Of a stretch of DNA of 64,000 nucleotides, positions 33,908-45,390 are shown in pieces. The stretch lies in contig DATGNI010000067.1 of assembly GCA_035306825.1 (NCBI GenBank), positions 5,736 to 69,735 of the forward strand, in the 5' to 3' direction. The notes under the pieces are model-generated. The model was not told where the DNA came from and made no database searches. It saw only the letters and a list, made by a program, of their open reading frames with translations. Made by a program: the position numbers and the translations under genes. The DNA comes from Azoarcus sp. (GTDB lineage: Bacteria > Pseudomonadota > Gammaproteobacteria > Burkholderiales > Rhodocyclaceae). Numbering within the stretch: the first letter of the stretch is position 1; each line of letters opens with the position of its first letter.

Positions 33908-35626
33908 ATGGCAGCAAGTCTCAAGACTCCTCTGAGCGGCCTTGCTCGCGCGCTGATCCAGAAAAATCGAATCAGCGAAGCGGACGCAGTTGCGTGCACG
34001 GAGGCTGCAGGCAACGCGACCAATGGCCTCATTCTCCAGCTCGAGCAGCGCAAGCTCCTGAGCGGGCTCGAAATCGCCCATTTCGCGTCCGACACCTTCG
34101 GCTATCCGCTGTTTGACATCGCCACGCTCGAACTCTCCGCCATTCCGCTGAGCGCAGTCGACCGCAAGCTGATGGCAAAGCACCAGGTCGTGCCGTTGAC
34201 CAAACGCCAGAATCGTCTGACGCTTGCGCTGGCCGACCCGTCCAACACGCGGGCACTGGACGAAATCCGCTTCCAGTGCGGCATGCAGATCGATATCGTG
34301 ATCGCTGAAGCGGTCAAGCTCGAACGCATCGTCACGAAACTCACCGAATCCGCGGCAGACACGCTGAGCGATCTGGCCGGCGAAGGGGATGAACTCGACC
34401 TGCTGGAAGGCGTCGCGCCCTCCGAAAACGGAGAGGACGAAGAAGCCAATGCGGAAGTGGATGATGCGCCGGTTGTTCGCTTCATCCAGAAAGTCCTGAT
34501 CGATGCGATCAAGGAAGGCGCCTCAGACTTGCATTTCGAGCCCTACGAAAAGTACTACCGCATTCGCGTGCGCACCGACGGCACGCTGCGCGAAATTGCC
34601 CAGCCTCCGCAGGTGTTGAAAGAGAAGATCGCCGCACGCATCAAGGTCATCTCGCGGCTCGACATTTCCGAGAAACGGGTCCCCCAGGACGGGCGCATGA
34701 AGCTCGTGCTGTCGAAGAACAAATCCATCGATTTTCGCGTCTCGACTCTGCCCACCCTGCACGGCGAGAAGATCGTCATGCGTATTCTCGACTCGAACTC
34801 GGCCATGCTCGGCATCGACGCACTCGGCTACGAGCCCGATCAGAAAGCGGCGTTGATGGATGCGATCGGACGGCCGTACGGCATGATTCTTGTTACCGGC
34901 CCGACGGGTTCGGGCAAAACGGTTTCGCTGTACACCTGCCTGAACATCCTCAATGATGCAGGCACCAATATTTCCACCGCCGAGGATCCAGCTGAAATCA
35001 ACCTCCCCGGCGTCAACCAGGTCAACGTCAACGACAAGGCCGGCCTGACTTTTGCGGTCGCACTGAAAGCCTTCCTTCGACAAGATCCGGACATCATTAT
35101 GGTGGGCGAGATCCGCGACCTCGAAACCGCAGAAATTGCCATCAAGGCCGCGCAGACCGGCCACCTCATGCTGTCCACGCTGCACACCAACGACGCGCCG
35201 ACCACACTGGAACGGCTGCGCAACATGGGCGTGGCACCGTTCAACATCGCCTCCTCCGTGATCCTGATCACGGCCCAGCGTCTCGCCCGACGCCTGTGTT
35301 CATGCAAGAAGCCGGTCGACATCCCGATCGAGGCGCTGCTTGACGCCGGCTTCGAGAATGAAGATCTCGACGGCAGCTGGCAGCCGTACGGTCCGGCGGG
35401 TTGCGAGCGCTGCAATGACAGCGGTTACAAAGGCCGGGTCGGCATCTATCAGGTCATGCCCATTTCCGAGGAAATGGGCCGCATCATCATGACCAACGGC
35501 AACTCGATCGATATCGCCGAACAGGCCCGCATTGAAGGAATCCGGGATTTGCGGGCATCGGGCCTGCTCAAAGTAAAACAGGGCGTCACCTCGCTCGAAG
35601 AAGTGCTCGCCACTACCAACGACTGA
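33908..35626 (+). CDS. pilB: Type IV-A pilus assembly ATPase
   Basis: DLHFEP, PQDGR, GPTGSGKT, LRQDPD, TGHLMLSTLHTN, zinc motif. Confidence 0.96.
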   Translation: MAASLKTPLSGLARALIQKNRISEADAVACTEAAGNATNGLILQLEQRKLLSGLEIAHFASDTFGYPLFDIATLELSAIPLSAVDRKLMAKHQVVPLTKRQNRLTLALADPSNTRALDEIRFQCGMQIDIVIAEAVKLERIVTKLTESAADTLSDLAGEGDELDLLEGVAPSENGEDEEANAEVDDAPVVRFIQKVLIDAIKEGASDLHFEPYEKYYRIRVRTDGTLREIAQPPQVLKEKIAARIKVISRLDISEKRVPQDGRMKLVLSKNKSIDFRVSTLPTLHGEKIVMRILDSNSAMLGIDALGYEPDQKAALMDAIGRPYGMILVTGPTGSGKTVSLYTCLNILNDAGTNISTAEDPAEINLPGVNQVNVNDKAGLTFAVALKAFLRQDPDIIMVGEIRDLETAEIAIKAAQTGHLMLSTLHTNDAPTTLERLRNMGVAPFNIASSVILITAQRLARRLCSCKKPVDIPIEALLDAGFENEDLDGSWQPYGPAGCERCNDSGYKGRVGIYQVMPISEEMGRIIMTNGNSIDIAEQARIEGIRDLRASGLLKVKQGVTSLEEVLATTND

Positions 35627-35645
35627 TTAACGGATCTGAATATCG

Positions 35646-36890
35646 ATGGCGACCCCTGCTGCTACCGCTCAACGCTCTCGCGCACTCACCAAAAAACCTC
35701 GGGACTACATGTTTTCGTGGGAGGGCAAGGACAAGGTCGGCAAACGTCTTCGCGGCGAAATGCGCGCCAGTGGCGAAAACGTCGTGCAAGCGACCATGCG
35801 TCGCCAGGGCGTTCGTGTCACAAAGGTGCGCAAACAGAAACTTTCGCGCGGCCGTCGCATCAGCGAAAAAGACATTGCCCTGTTTACCCGTCAGCTCGCG
35901 ACGATGATGCGTTCGGGCGTACCACTGTTGCAGGCGTTCGATATCGGCATCAAAGGCTCAACCAATCCAAGTCTCGCGCGTTTGCTGACCCAGGTTCGCA
36001 CGGACGTTGAAACCGGCTCCGATCTGTCGACGGCGTTCGCCCGTCATCCAAAACACTTCGACAAACTGTTCTGCAACCTCGTCGCCGCGGGCGAACAGGC
36101 CGGCATTCTCGACGACCTGCTTGAGCGGCTCGCAACCTACAAAGAAAAAATTCTGGCGGTCAAAGCGAAGATCAAGTCGGCGATGTTCTATCCGATCGCG
36201 GTGATCGTCGTTGCTGCCCTCGTCATTTCCGTGATGATGCTGTTTGTCATCCCTGAGTTCAAAACGGTTTTCCAGGGTTTCGGGGCCGACCTGCCGGCGC
36301 CGACACTGATGGTGGTCGCAATGTCCGATGCGTTCCTCCAGTGGTGGTACGTCATCCTGGGCGTATTGGTCGGGAGCATCTTTCTCATCGCAACGCTTTA
36401 CAAACGCTCGCCCGCGGTCCAGAACGTGGTCGACCGGATCGTGCTCAAATTGCCGATCATCGGCGACATCATCATGAAAGCCACCGTGGCACGCTGGGCA
36501 CGCACCCTGTCGACGATGTTTGCTGCCGGCGTCCCGCTGGTCGAAGCCCTGGATTCGGTCGGCGGCGCTTCCGGCAACCACGTCTATCTCACTAGCACGC
36601 GGGACATCCAGACCGACATCTCCACCGGCACCAGTCTCACCGTGGCGATGCAGAACGCTGAAGTTTTTCCCAACATGGTCGTGCAGATGGTCTCGATCGG
36701 CGAGGAATCGGGCGAACTCGACGCAATGCTCAGCAAGGTGGCCGATTTTTACGAAGCCGAAGTCGACGACGCGGTGGCGAGTCTGTCGCAATTGCTCGAA
36801 CCGGCCATCATGGTTTTTCTGGGTGTCGTCATTGGCGGCCTCGTGATCGCGATGTATCTGCCGATTTTCAAACTCGGCGGCGTCGTCTGA
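35646..36890 (+). CDS. pilC: Type IV pilus platform protein (T2SSF family)
   Basis: FTRQLATM, AGEQAG, GEESG, MYLPIF. Confidence 0.95.
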   Translation: MATPAATAQRSRALTKKPRDYMFSWEGKDKVGKRLRGEMRASGENVVQATMRRQGVRVTKVRKQKLSRGRRISEKDIALFTRQLATMMRSGVPLLQAFDIGIKGSTNPSLARLLTQVRTDVETGSDLSTAFARHPKHFDKLFCNLVAAGEQAGILDDLLERLATYKEKILAVKAKIKSAMFYPIAVIVVAALVISVMMLFVIPEFKTVFQGFGADLPAPTLMVVAMSDAFLQWWYVILGVLVGSIFLIATLYKRSPAVQNVVDRIVLKLPIIGDIIMKATVARWARTLSTMFAAGVPLVEALDSVGGASGNHVYLTSTRDIQTDISTGTSLTVAMQNAEVFPNMVVQMVSIGEESGELDAMLSKVADFYEAEVDDAVASLSQLLEPAIMVFLGVVIGGLVIAMYLPIFKLGGVV

Positions 36891-36944
36891 CCGTCCTTTA
36901 TCTAGCTTTTTACGGCGGCCACGGGCCGCTCAGGCCCCTCACCG

Positions 36945-37805
36945 ATGACCGACTTTTTTCACGAACCCCTCATCCTGGTCGTGCTGTGCGCGTTGCTCGG
37001 ACTGTTCGTCGGCAGCTTTCTGAATGTCGTCATCCATCGCCTGCCGCGCATGATGGAGCGCGAATGGCAAGAACAGGCGGCCGAGTTACGCGGGGAAGAA
37101 CCGCCTTCACCCCCTTCGACCGAGCGGTACAACCTTGCCGTACCGCGCTCGAGCTGCCCGCATTGCGGTCACCGCATTCGCGCCATCGAAAACATTCCGC
37201 TCATCAGTTATGTCGTCCTGCGCGGTCGATGCCGCCATTGTTCAGCTCCGATCAGCGCGCGCTATCCGTTGGTTGAATGCCTCACGGCGCTCGTTTCCGC
37301 CTATGCGGCGATTCATTTCGGTGCTTCGCTCGCCTTGGTCGGTGCGCTGCTCTTCCTGTGGGCAATGATCGTGTTGGCCTTCATCGATCTCGACACTCAA
37401 CTGCTGCCCGATCAGATCACCTTGCCAGTGCTGTGGCTCGGTTTGGCGTTCAATCTGGGCGCAACGTATGTTCCGCTCTCCAGCGCGGTGGTCGGCGCGA
37501 TGGCCGGTTATCTCATATTGTGGTCCGTATTCTGGGTGTTCAAGCTGGCCACCGGCAAGGAAGGCATGGGCTACGGAGATTTCAAGCTGCTCGCAGCCAT
37601 CGGCGCATGGCTCGGCTGGCAGATGTTGCCGATGGTCGTTTTGCTGTCTTCATTGGTCGGCGCGGCGGTTGGAATTTCATTGATCGTATTCGCCCGGCAC
37701 GAGCGCAGCGCACCGATTCCGTTCGGCCCCTATCTCGCCGCCGCGGGCGTACTCGCGCTGTTCTGGGGCGAAACAATTACCGAACTCTGGCTCGGCAACC
37801 TCTGA
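36945..37805 (+). CDS. pilD: Prepilin peptidase / N-methyltransferase
   Basis: GSFLNVVIHRLP, CPHC..CRHC, IDLDTQLLPD, GMGYGDFKL, PFGPYL. Confidence 0.96.
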   Translation: MTDFFHEPLILVVLCALLGLFVGSFLNVVIHRLPRMMEREWQEQAAELRGEEPPSPPSTERYNLAVPRSSCPHCGHRIRAIENIPLISYVVLRGRCRHCSAPISARYPLVECLTALVSAYAAIHFGASLALVGALLFLWAMIVLAFIDLDTQLLPDQITLPVLWLGLAFNLGATYVPLSSAVVGAMAGYLILWSVFWVFKLATGKEGMGYGDFKLLAAIGAWLGWQMLPMVVLLSSLVGAAVGISLIVFARHERSAPIPFGPYLAAAGVLALFWGETITELWLGNL

Positions 37806-37886
37806 ACGCTTTCCACGCCATCTCCCAACGCATTGCTTGCGCCGCATTCTGCTAAAATCCATCGTTTGCGTTCTTCAGGGTCGTCC

Positions 37887-38147
37887 ATGCCGATCTACGA
37901 ATATCAATGCACTCAATGCAGCGCGCGCGGGGAGCATCTGCAGAAGATGAGTGATGCCCCGCTCACCACCTGCCCCGCATGCAAGGCGGAAACCTATGTC
38001 AAGCAGATTTCGGCCGCAAGTTTCCACCTCAAGGGCACTGGCTGGTACGAAACGGATTTCAAGCATTCCGGCGCGCCTTCGAAAGCAGCCAGCGGAGAAT
38101 CCGCTTCGACCCCGTCCAGCGGCGGCGCCGCAGCCTGCGACCACTGA
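37887..38147 (+). CDS. FmdB family zinc-ribbon protein
   Basis: MPIYEYQCTQC...CPAC...FHLKGTGWYETDF; upstream of aspS. Confidence 0.9.
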   Translation: MPIYEYQCTQCSARGEHLQKMSDAPLTTCPACKAETYVKQISAASFHLKGTGWYETDFKHSGAPSKAASGESASTPSSGGAAACDH

Positions 38148-38210
38148 TTCATGCATTCCCCGCCCAGGGCTCGGCCCGCGGGACAACAAACGAACCGTTC
38201 GGAACACAAC

Positions 38211-40013
38211 ATGCGTACTCACTACTGCGGCCAGGTGACAGCCGCCGACCTCGATCAGATCGTGACCCTCTGCGGCTGGGTACATCGCCGCCGCGACCAC
38301 GGCGGGGTCATCTTCATTGACTTGCGAGATCGCGAAGGCCTGGTACAGGTGGTGTGCGACCCGGATCGCGTGGAAATGTTCGAGCTTGCGGAATCCATTC
38401 GCAACGAGTTCGTACTGAAAATTTCCGGCAAGGTTCGCCGTCGTCCGGCAGGCACCGAAAACGAAACCCTGGTTTCGGGCGAGATCGAAGTCCTGTGTCA
38501 CGAAATGGAGGTGCTCAATGCTTCAGCCACCCCTCCGTTTCAGCTCGACGACGAAAATCTGTCCGAAACCGTACGCCTGAGTCACCGCGTGATCGACCTG
38601 CGACGCCCGCAGATGCAGCAAAACCTGATGCTGCGCTACAAGGTTGCGCGTGCGTTCCGTCGTTTTCTCGACGACCACGGCTTCGTCGACGTAGAAACCC
38701 CGATGCTGACCAAAAGCACACCGGAAGGCGCCCGCGACTATCTCGTTCCCTCGCGCGTACATCCGGGACAGTTTTTCGCCCTGCCGCAGTCTCCGCAGCT
38801 GTTTAAACAGCTGCTGATGGTTGCCGGTTTCGATCGCTACTACCAGATCACCAAGTGCTTTCGCGATGAGGATCTGCGCGCCGACCGTCAGCCGGAGTTC
38901 ACCCAGATCGACATCGAAACCTCGTTCATGGACGAGGCCGCAATTACCGCCACCATCGAAGAGCTGCTCTGCTACGTTTTCAAGGATGCGATGGAGGTCG
39001 AGCTGCCGACGCCCTTCCCGCGCATGACCTACGCTGAGGCAATGCGACGCTATGGCTCGGACAAGCCCGACTTGCGCGTAACGCTGGAACTCACCGATGT
39101 CACCGACGCAGTGGCCGACGTGGCCTTCAAGGTCTTTTCCGGCCCAGCCACCAGCGGCGGCCGCGTGGCCGCACTGCGCGTGCCCGGCGGCGGCACCCTG
39201 ACCCGCGGCGAAATCGACGAATACACAAAATTCGTTGGCATCTACGGCGCACGAGGCCTGGCCTACATCAAGGTCAATGACGCCAGCAAAGCAAACGAGG
39301 AAGGCCTTCAGTCACCCATCGTCAAGAACCTCCACGAACAGGCGCTGGACACCATTCTCAAGCGCACTGGCGCCCAATCGGGTGATCTGATTTTCTTCGG
39401 CGCCGACAAGGCCAAAATCGTCAACGATGCGCTGGGCGCATTGCGCGTCAAGCTTGGCCATGAAAAAGGGTACATCACCGGCGAACCGTGGTGCCCGGTA
39501 TGGATCGTCGACTTCCCGATGTTCGAGTATGACGAAGACGCCAAACGCTGGAGCGCCTGCCATCATCCGTTTACCAGTCCCAAGGACGAACATGTCGACG
39601 CGCTCGAAAGCGACCCTGGCGCCTGTCTCTCGAAAGCCTACGACCTTGCGCTCAATGGTTGGGAGATCGGCGGCGGCTCGGTGCGTATTCACCGCGCTGA
39701 CGTCCAGGAAAAGGTGTTCCGCGCACTCGGCATCACCGAAGAAGAGGCGCGTCTCAAGTTCGGCTTCCTGCTCGACGCCCTGCGGTATGGCGCGCCCCCG
39801 CATGGTGGCCTGGCCTTCGGCCTGGATCGCATTGTCACGCTGATGACGGGTGCCGAATCGATTCGCGATGTCATCGCCTTCCCGAAAACCCAGCGGGCAC
39901 AGTGTCTGCTCACCGACGCCCCCAGCGCCGTGGACGAAGCGCAGCTGCGCGAACTGCATGTTCGCCTGCGTCAGAAGGTCACGGCACACGCTGAAGAAGC
40001 CCCACGGGATTGA
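38211..40013 (+). CDS. aspS: Aspartate--tRNA(Asp/Asn) ligase
   Basis: [53 protein letters not shown]. Confidence 0.98.
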   Translation: MRTHYCGQVTAADLDQIVTLCGWVHRRRDHGGVIFIDLRDREGLVQVVCDPDRVEMFELAESIRNEFVLKISGKVRRRPAGTENETLVSGEIEVLCHEMEVLNASATPPFQLDDENLSETVRLSHRVIDLRRPQMQQNLMLRYKVARAFRRFLDDHGFVDVETPMLTKSTPEGARDYLVPSRVHPGQFFALPQSPQLFKQLLMVAGFDRYYQITKCFRDEDLRADRQPEFTQIDIETSFMDEAAITATIEELLCYVFKDAMEVELPTPFPRMTYAEAMRRYGSDKPDLRVTLELTDVTDAVADVAFKVFSGPATSGGRVAALRVPGGGTLTRGEIDEYTKFVGIYGARGLAYIKVNDASKANEEGLQSPIVKNLHEQALDTILKRTGAQSGDLIFFGADKAKIVNDALGALRVKLGHEKGYITGEPWCPVWIVDFPMFEYDEDAKRWSACHHPFTSPKDEHVDALESDPGACLSKAYDLALNGWEIGGGSVRIHRADVQEKVFRALGITEEEARLKFGFLLDALRYGAPPHGGLAFGLDRIVTLMTGAESIRDVIAFPKTQRAQCLLTDAPSAVDEAQLRELHVRLRQKVTAHAEEAPRD

Positions 40014-40105
40014 CCTTCCCGTCGAAGCGGCTTCAGTTCGTCGCATTCGTGTCGTAATCTAGACAGGGTCCTTTCATAGGCGAGGCTTTGGCCTCGCCGC
40101 CTGCC

Positions 40106-41746
40106 ATGGCACAACTCGAGCAGCTCGACATCCTTCTCGTCGCCGGTGATCACAACACCTGCGCTCGCCTCAGCGAACTTCTCGCGCGTTGTGACCTGCG
40201 CGAGACGCATCGCGCCGCCTCGGCCAACGCGGCGGTTGCTCGCCTGCGCGAACGCCACTACGATCTCGTACTTTGTGAGCTTGAACTGGGCGAGGGCAGC
40301 CAGGACGGCCAGCACTTGCTCGAAGACCTGCGCACGCACGGCATTCTCCCGCGCGATACGCTGTTCATCATGATCTCGGCCGCGCGCAATTACGACCGCG
40401 TCGTCGGCACCGCCGAACTCGCGCCGGACGACTACCTTCTCAAGCCGCTCAACGCCGGGATACTGCAGGCCCGGCTCGAACGTGCCGCCGCGCGCCGCGA
40501 AGCCTTTCTTCCCGCCTGGCGTCTGATCGAAGCCGGCCGCCCGGACGAAGCCATCATCGAATGCGAACGCGGAGCACTGCGCCATCCGGCATGGCACGCG
40601 GATTTTGTCCGCCTGCGTGCCGAAATCGCGTTCACGCAGGGGCGCCCCGACGAGGCTCGCACGCTGTATCAAGACGTCGCCGAAGCCACCGGCGTGCCGT
40701 GGGCACGTCTGGGTCAGGCCCGCATGCTGATGGCCGCCGGCCGTCATGCCGAGGCCGCGCCGCTGCTCGAAGAACTGATCGACAAGAACGAACATTATCT
40801 CGACGCCTACGATTTGCTCGCGCAATGCCAGGAAAAGTCCGGCGGGACGTTTCAAGCCGCAGACACGCTCAACGACGCCTTGCGCCGCTCCCCTCGGCGT
40901 CTCGACAGGCTGCGCCGTTTTGGTACGCTCGCGGCGCGCACCGGCCGGGTTGAAGAAGCCGAACAAAGCTTGAGCCAACTCGTCGAATTGGGCCGTCATT
41001 CAGCGTTCCGCAAGCCGGCAGACCATCTCGAATTGGCCCGTGTGCAAATCCAGGCAGGGCACGCTGAAAAAGCCGCGCGCACCGTCATGGAACTTGAACG
41101 CCTTGCCAAAAACATGACCGACGGCCCTGCCTGCGCCGCCCTCGGACGCGCCCTGGTGGCACGCGAGACCGGCGACGAGAACGCCGCCCGTGATGCACTT
41201 TCCGATGCCGTTCAAGAGGCGCTCAACACCAAAAACCTGCCCCTCTCATTGAGTCACGAAATCATTCGCGCCTGCCTCGCTTCCGGCCTCGATAACGAAG
41301 GCGTCACGCTGACCAGCAACATTTTGCGTCACGCGGAGGACGAAGCAACGGTCAAACAGACGCATGCGCTGTTCGGTCAATGTGACCGCCTGGATCTTGT
41401 CGAACAAGTCAAAACCCGCTTGCATGCCGAAGTGCTCGCGTACCTCACTGCAGGTGCCAACAAAGCCAAGGCGGGCGATTACGATGGCGCGGTGAGCGAA
41501 ATGCTGGATGCCGTTCGTCGTATGCCGGGGCACCCGCAGGTATTGCTCAACGCCGCGCTCGCTCTATTGCGTCATATCGAACATCGAGGCTGGAATGAGC
41601 GCTTTGCCAACGATGCGCGCAAACTCATCGCGCGCGCTCAGCGCGTCGATCCGGGGCATCCTCGACTCGAACCCATCCATCTCTTTCTGAAAGAGTTGCA
41701 GCGTCGCAGCGAACTCGAAACCCCCGCCCACCCCGAACAAACATGA
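40106..41746 (+). CDS. Receiver-domain (Asp-less) + TPR-like repeat protein
   Basis: N-terminal REC fold (YDLVLCE, DG..LL, FIMIS, DDYLLKP) followed by helical TPR-like repeats (PWARLGQARML, YLDAYDLLA). Confidence 0.85.
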   Translation: MAQLEQLDILLVAGDHNTCARLSELLARCDLRETHRAASANAAVARLRERHYDLVLCELELGEGSQDGQHLLEDLRTHGILPRDTLFIMISAARNYDRVVGTAELAPDDYLLKPLNAGILQARLERAAARREAFLPAWRLIEAGRPDEAIIECERGALRHPAWHADFVRLRAEIAFTQGRPDEARTLYQDVAEATGVPWARLGQARMLMAAGRHAEAAPLLEELIDKNEHYLDAYDLLAQCQEKSGGTFQAADTLNDALRRSPRRLDRLRRFGTLAARTGRVEEAEQSLSQLVELGRHSAFRKPADHLELARVQIQAGHAEKAARTVMELERLAKNMTDGPACAALGRALVARETGDENAARDALSDAVQEALNTKNLPLSLSHEIIRACLASGLDNEGVTLTSNILRHAEDEATVKQTHALFGQCDRLDLVEQVKTRLHAEVLAYLTAGANKAKAGDYDGAVSEMLDAVRRMPGHPQVLLNAALALLRHIEHRGWNERFANDARKLIARAQRVDPGHPRLEPIHLFLKELQRRSELETPAHPEQT

Positions 41747-42141
41747 TGTCGCGTCGTTTCATCGTCAGCCTGATCGGGCTTGCGTTGCTCGGCGTTGCCG
41801 CGTTCTTCACCCTGGGAACGGACCGCGCACCCAACGCTTCACTCGAAAATGCAGCCATCATCCAGGCGGATGTTCGGCTGCCGGCCGAGGCGTTGGAAAC
41901 GCTTGAGCTGATTTTGCGGGACGGACCCTTCCCGTACAGCAAGGACGGCACGACTTTTTTCAATCGAGAACAGCGGCTCCCCAAGCAACCGCGTGGCTAC
42001 TATCGCGAATACACCGTCCCGACGCCCGGTGCGCGCGATCGCGGAGCGCGACGCATCGTCACCGGCGGCAAGCCGCCCGAGGTGTTTTATTACAATGCAG
42101 ATCATTACCGCAGCTTCCACCCGGTCACGGTGCACCCATGA
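41743..42141 (+). CDS. Exported guanyl-specific ribonuclease (RNase Sa / barnase family)
   Basis: Hydrophobic N-terminal signal or anchor; GPFPYSKDGTTFFNREQRLP, YYREYTV, RGARRIV, DHYRSF with the catalytic Glu and His present. Confidence 0.92.
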   Translation: MMSRRFIVSLIGLALLGVAAFFTLGTDRAPNASLENAAIIQADVRLPAEALETLELILRDGPFPYSKDGTTFFNREQRLPKQPRGYYREYTVPTPGARDRGARRIVTGGKPPEVFYYNADHYRSFHPVTVHP

Positions 42142-42539
42142 CGCCACTTCCGCCTGAACACAGTGCTGCGACCCCAGGTGCGCTACTTCACCTTCCCCAA
42201 AAAGACCTGGAAACCACCGTCGCCATGCTGGAGGCGAACGGTTGCGACCTCTGGCGGATCGAACTGGACGGCACCACGGACAAGACCGAACTCTTCACAC
42301 GCATCGCCTCCGCATTGATCTTTCCGGACTGGTTTGGCCATAATTGGGATGCGCTTGCTGACTGTCTTGGCGACTTATCCTGGTTGCCGGCCGCGCGCAA
42401 ACGCGCTTTGTTGTTTACCGGTCTCGACACCACTTCTCCCAACGGGCAAACGCTGCTTGAGCTGCTCACCGACCTCGCAGACGACATCCCCGTTGCATGG
42501 TTGTCCGTCACCCCCTGCAGTCCCTCCATCGCACCATGA
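42138..42539 (+). CDS. Barstar family RNase inhibitor
   Basis: FPDWFGHNWDALADCLGDL motif; ATGA overlap with the RNase gene. Confidence 0.9.
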   Translation: MTPLPPEHSAATPGALLHLPQKDLETTVAMLEANGCDLWRIELDGTTDKTELFTRIASALIFPDWFGHNWDALADCLGDLSWLPAARKRALLFTGLDTTSPNGQTLLELLTDLADDIPVAWLSVTPCSPSIAP

Positions 42540-42997
42540 CAGCACCCGAAAAAGGCTACAAATATCCGGTTTCCGTTCTCGTCGTGATCCACACGCCCGA
42601 TCAACAGTTTCTACTGATCGAACGCATCCGACCCGCCGGCCAGTGGCAGTCGATCACCGGCAGTCTGGAAATCGGCGAAACGCCGCTGCATGCGGCAGTA
42701 CGCGAGGTTTTCGAGGAAACAGGGCTGAAGGTCGAACCCACCGACCTTCACGACTGGAAGCACAGCAATCGCTTCCGCATCCGCGGCCCATGGCGACATC
42801 TTTACGCACCGGATGTCACGCATAACATTGAGCATGTATTCAGTCTGTGCGTGCAGCAGCCGATAGAAGCCTGTCTCGCGCCCGGCGAACATTGTGCCCA
42901 GCTGTGGCTGGCGCGCGAGGAAGCGGCGGAAAAGGTATTTTCATGGTCAAACCGGGATGCCATCCTGCGCCTGCAAGACGTCAGCCCGCATCTGTGA
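42536..42997 (+). CDS. nudB: Dihydroneopterin triphosphate diphosphatase
   Basis: YKYPVSVLVVIH, WQSITGS, Nudix box REVFEETG, FSWSNRDAI. Confidence 0.93.
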   Translation: MTAPEKGYKYPVSVLVVIHTPDQQFLLIERIRPAGQWQSITGSLEIGETPLHAAVREVFEETGLKVEPTDLHDWKHSNRFRIRGPWRHLYAPDVTHNIEHVFSLCVQQPIEACLAPGEHCAQLWLAREEAAEKVFSWSNRDAILRLQDVSPHL

Positions 42998-43160
42998 CAG
43001 CATCCAGCCTCCAAAAGCTCACGTATGTCTTTTGCTTCCCGCTCACACGCCCTCCACAGCGCTGGATAGCGCTTTTGATCGGCCGCGCCGACGGAAAGGC
43101 ATTTTCGGCCGCAACGATCGCAACCGCACGACCACGGTCGGGCGAATCGCCTACAATTAG

Positions 43161-44081
<921 letters not shown>

Positions 44082-44338
44082 ACAGGCCATTGCCACGGGT
44101 CATCTGCACGTCGCGTTTGCGTTTGGGGTGCCATCCTCTTGCGCGACGCAACGGCGCGCCCTGCTCGCAGTTTGGACGTCGACACGAAATTCAACGATGT
44201 CGCCCGCCGGCTTTGAGCGGTGAACATCGCTGCGCATTGATCCGTATTCCAGATCGCATTTCAAAGTGTCGCGGCACCATCGCCCCGCAGTGCCAAGCCA
44301 CGCCTTATAATAGGGCGCGCGCTATTCAAAGAAAATAA

Positions 44339-45118
44339 ATGTCTCTGACGTCCGCCGCTCGAAGCCAACTGGTCGAACGTTTGCTCCCCGCCGTTCGCGA
44401 AGCGGGGCGTGCGGTACTCGACATTTACTCGACTGATTTCGAAGTGCGCAGAAAAACTGACGCTTCACCGGTGACCGAGGCCGACGAGCGCGCTGAGGCC
44501 ATCCTCCTGGCTGCGCTTGCAGACATCGCGCCAACCATTCCGGTGATTGCCGAAGAAGCCGTTGCCGAGGGGCGCATTCCCACAATCCGTGATTGTTTCT
44601 GGCTCGTCGATCCACTCGACGGAACACAGGAGTTCATTTCCCGTAATGACGAATTCACCGTCAACGTTGCACTCATCGAAGCAGGCGAGCCGACCGTTGG
44701 GGTGGTGTTCGCCCCTGCGCTCGAACGTCTGTTCGCTGGCTCAAGCGGTGCAGGCGCCTTTGTCGAGGAAAACGGCATCCGCCGAAACATTACCCCACGT
44801 TCTCCACCGCCGGGCGGCCTCACCGTCGTGATCAGCCGTTCTCACAACACCCCCGTGGCACTCGAGAACTTTTTTCAGAACACGGCCATTGGCGAACTGA
44901 AAAACGTCGGCTCCTCCCTCAAGCTGTGCCTGATCGCCGCGGGTGAAGCAGACCTCTACCCGCGTTTCGGTCGCACGATGGAATGGGATATTGCTGCCGG
45001 ACACGCGATTCTGGCAGCCGCCGGCGGGCGTGTTGCAGACATCAACGGGCAACCACTCGTTTATGGCAAACCCGGATTCGACAACCCGAGCCTCGTCGCT
45101 TATGGCCGAGAAGAATGA
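44339..45118 (+). CDS. cysQ: 3'(2'),5'-bisphosphate nucleotidase
   Basis: SPVTEAD, WLVDPLDGT, GSSLK, TMEWDIAAG; TATAAT upstream. Confidence 0.93.
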   Translation: MSLTSAARSQLVERLLPAVREAGRAVLDIYSTDFEVRRKTDASPVTEADERAEAILLAALADIAPTIPVIAEEAVAEGRIPTIRDCFWLVDPLDGTQEFISRNDEFTVNVALIEAGEPTVGVVFAPALERLFAGSSGAGAFVEENGIRRNITPRSPPPGGLTVVISRSHNTPVALENFFQNTAIGELKNVGSSLKLCLIAAGEADLYPRFGRTMEWDIAAGHAILAAAGGRVADINGQPLVYGKPGFDNPSLVAYGREE

Positions 45119-45138
45119 TGTGAAAAACGCCTCAGCCC

Positions 45139-45390
45139 TTAACGCGCCGAAAGACCTTCGACGAAATCAATGACCGTGCCCACCGTCTCAAAAGAACTCC
45201 CATCGATTTCGTCATCCGGCACCTCGATACCGAAAACGATTTCGATTTCCTGGATGACCGCCAGCACGGCCATCGAATCAAGTTCCGGCACGCTGCCGAG
45301 CAGCGGGGTCTCACGGTCGAAGGTGAGCCCTCGGCCATTAAGCGCTAAAACTTCGTCAAGCAATTGCAGGACTTTTTGCTGGATGTTCAA
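45139..45390 (-). CDS. Acyl/aminoacyl carrier protein
   Basis: TTG start after GAGGT; LLGSVPELDSMAV (phosphopantetheine Ser), FGIEVPDDEI...FETVG; acidic, 83 aa. Confidence 0.88.
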   Translation of the reverse strand: MNIQQKVLQLLDEVLALNGRGLTFDRETPLLGSVPELDSMAVLAVIQEIEIVFGIEVPDDEIDGSSFETVGTVIDFVEGLSAR

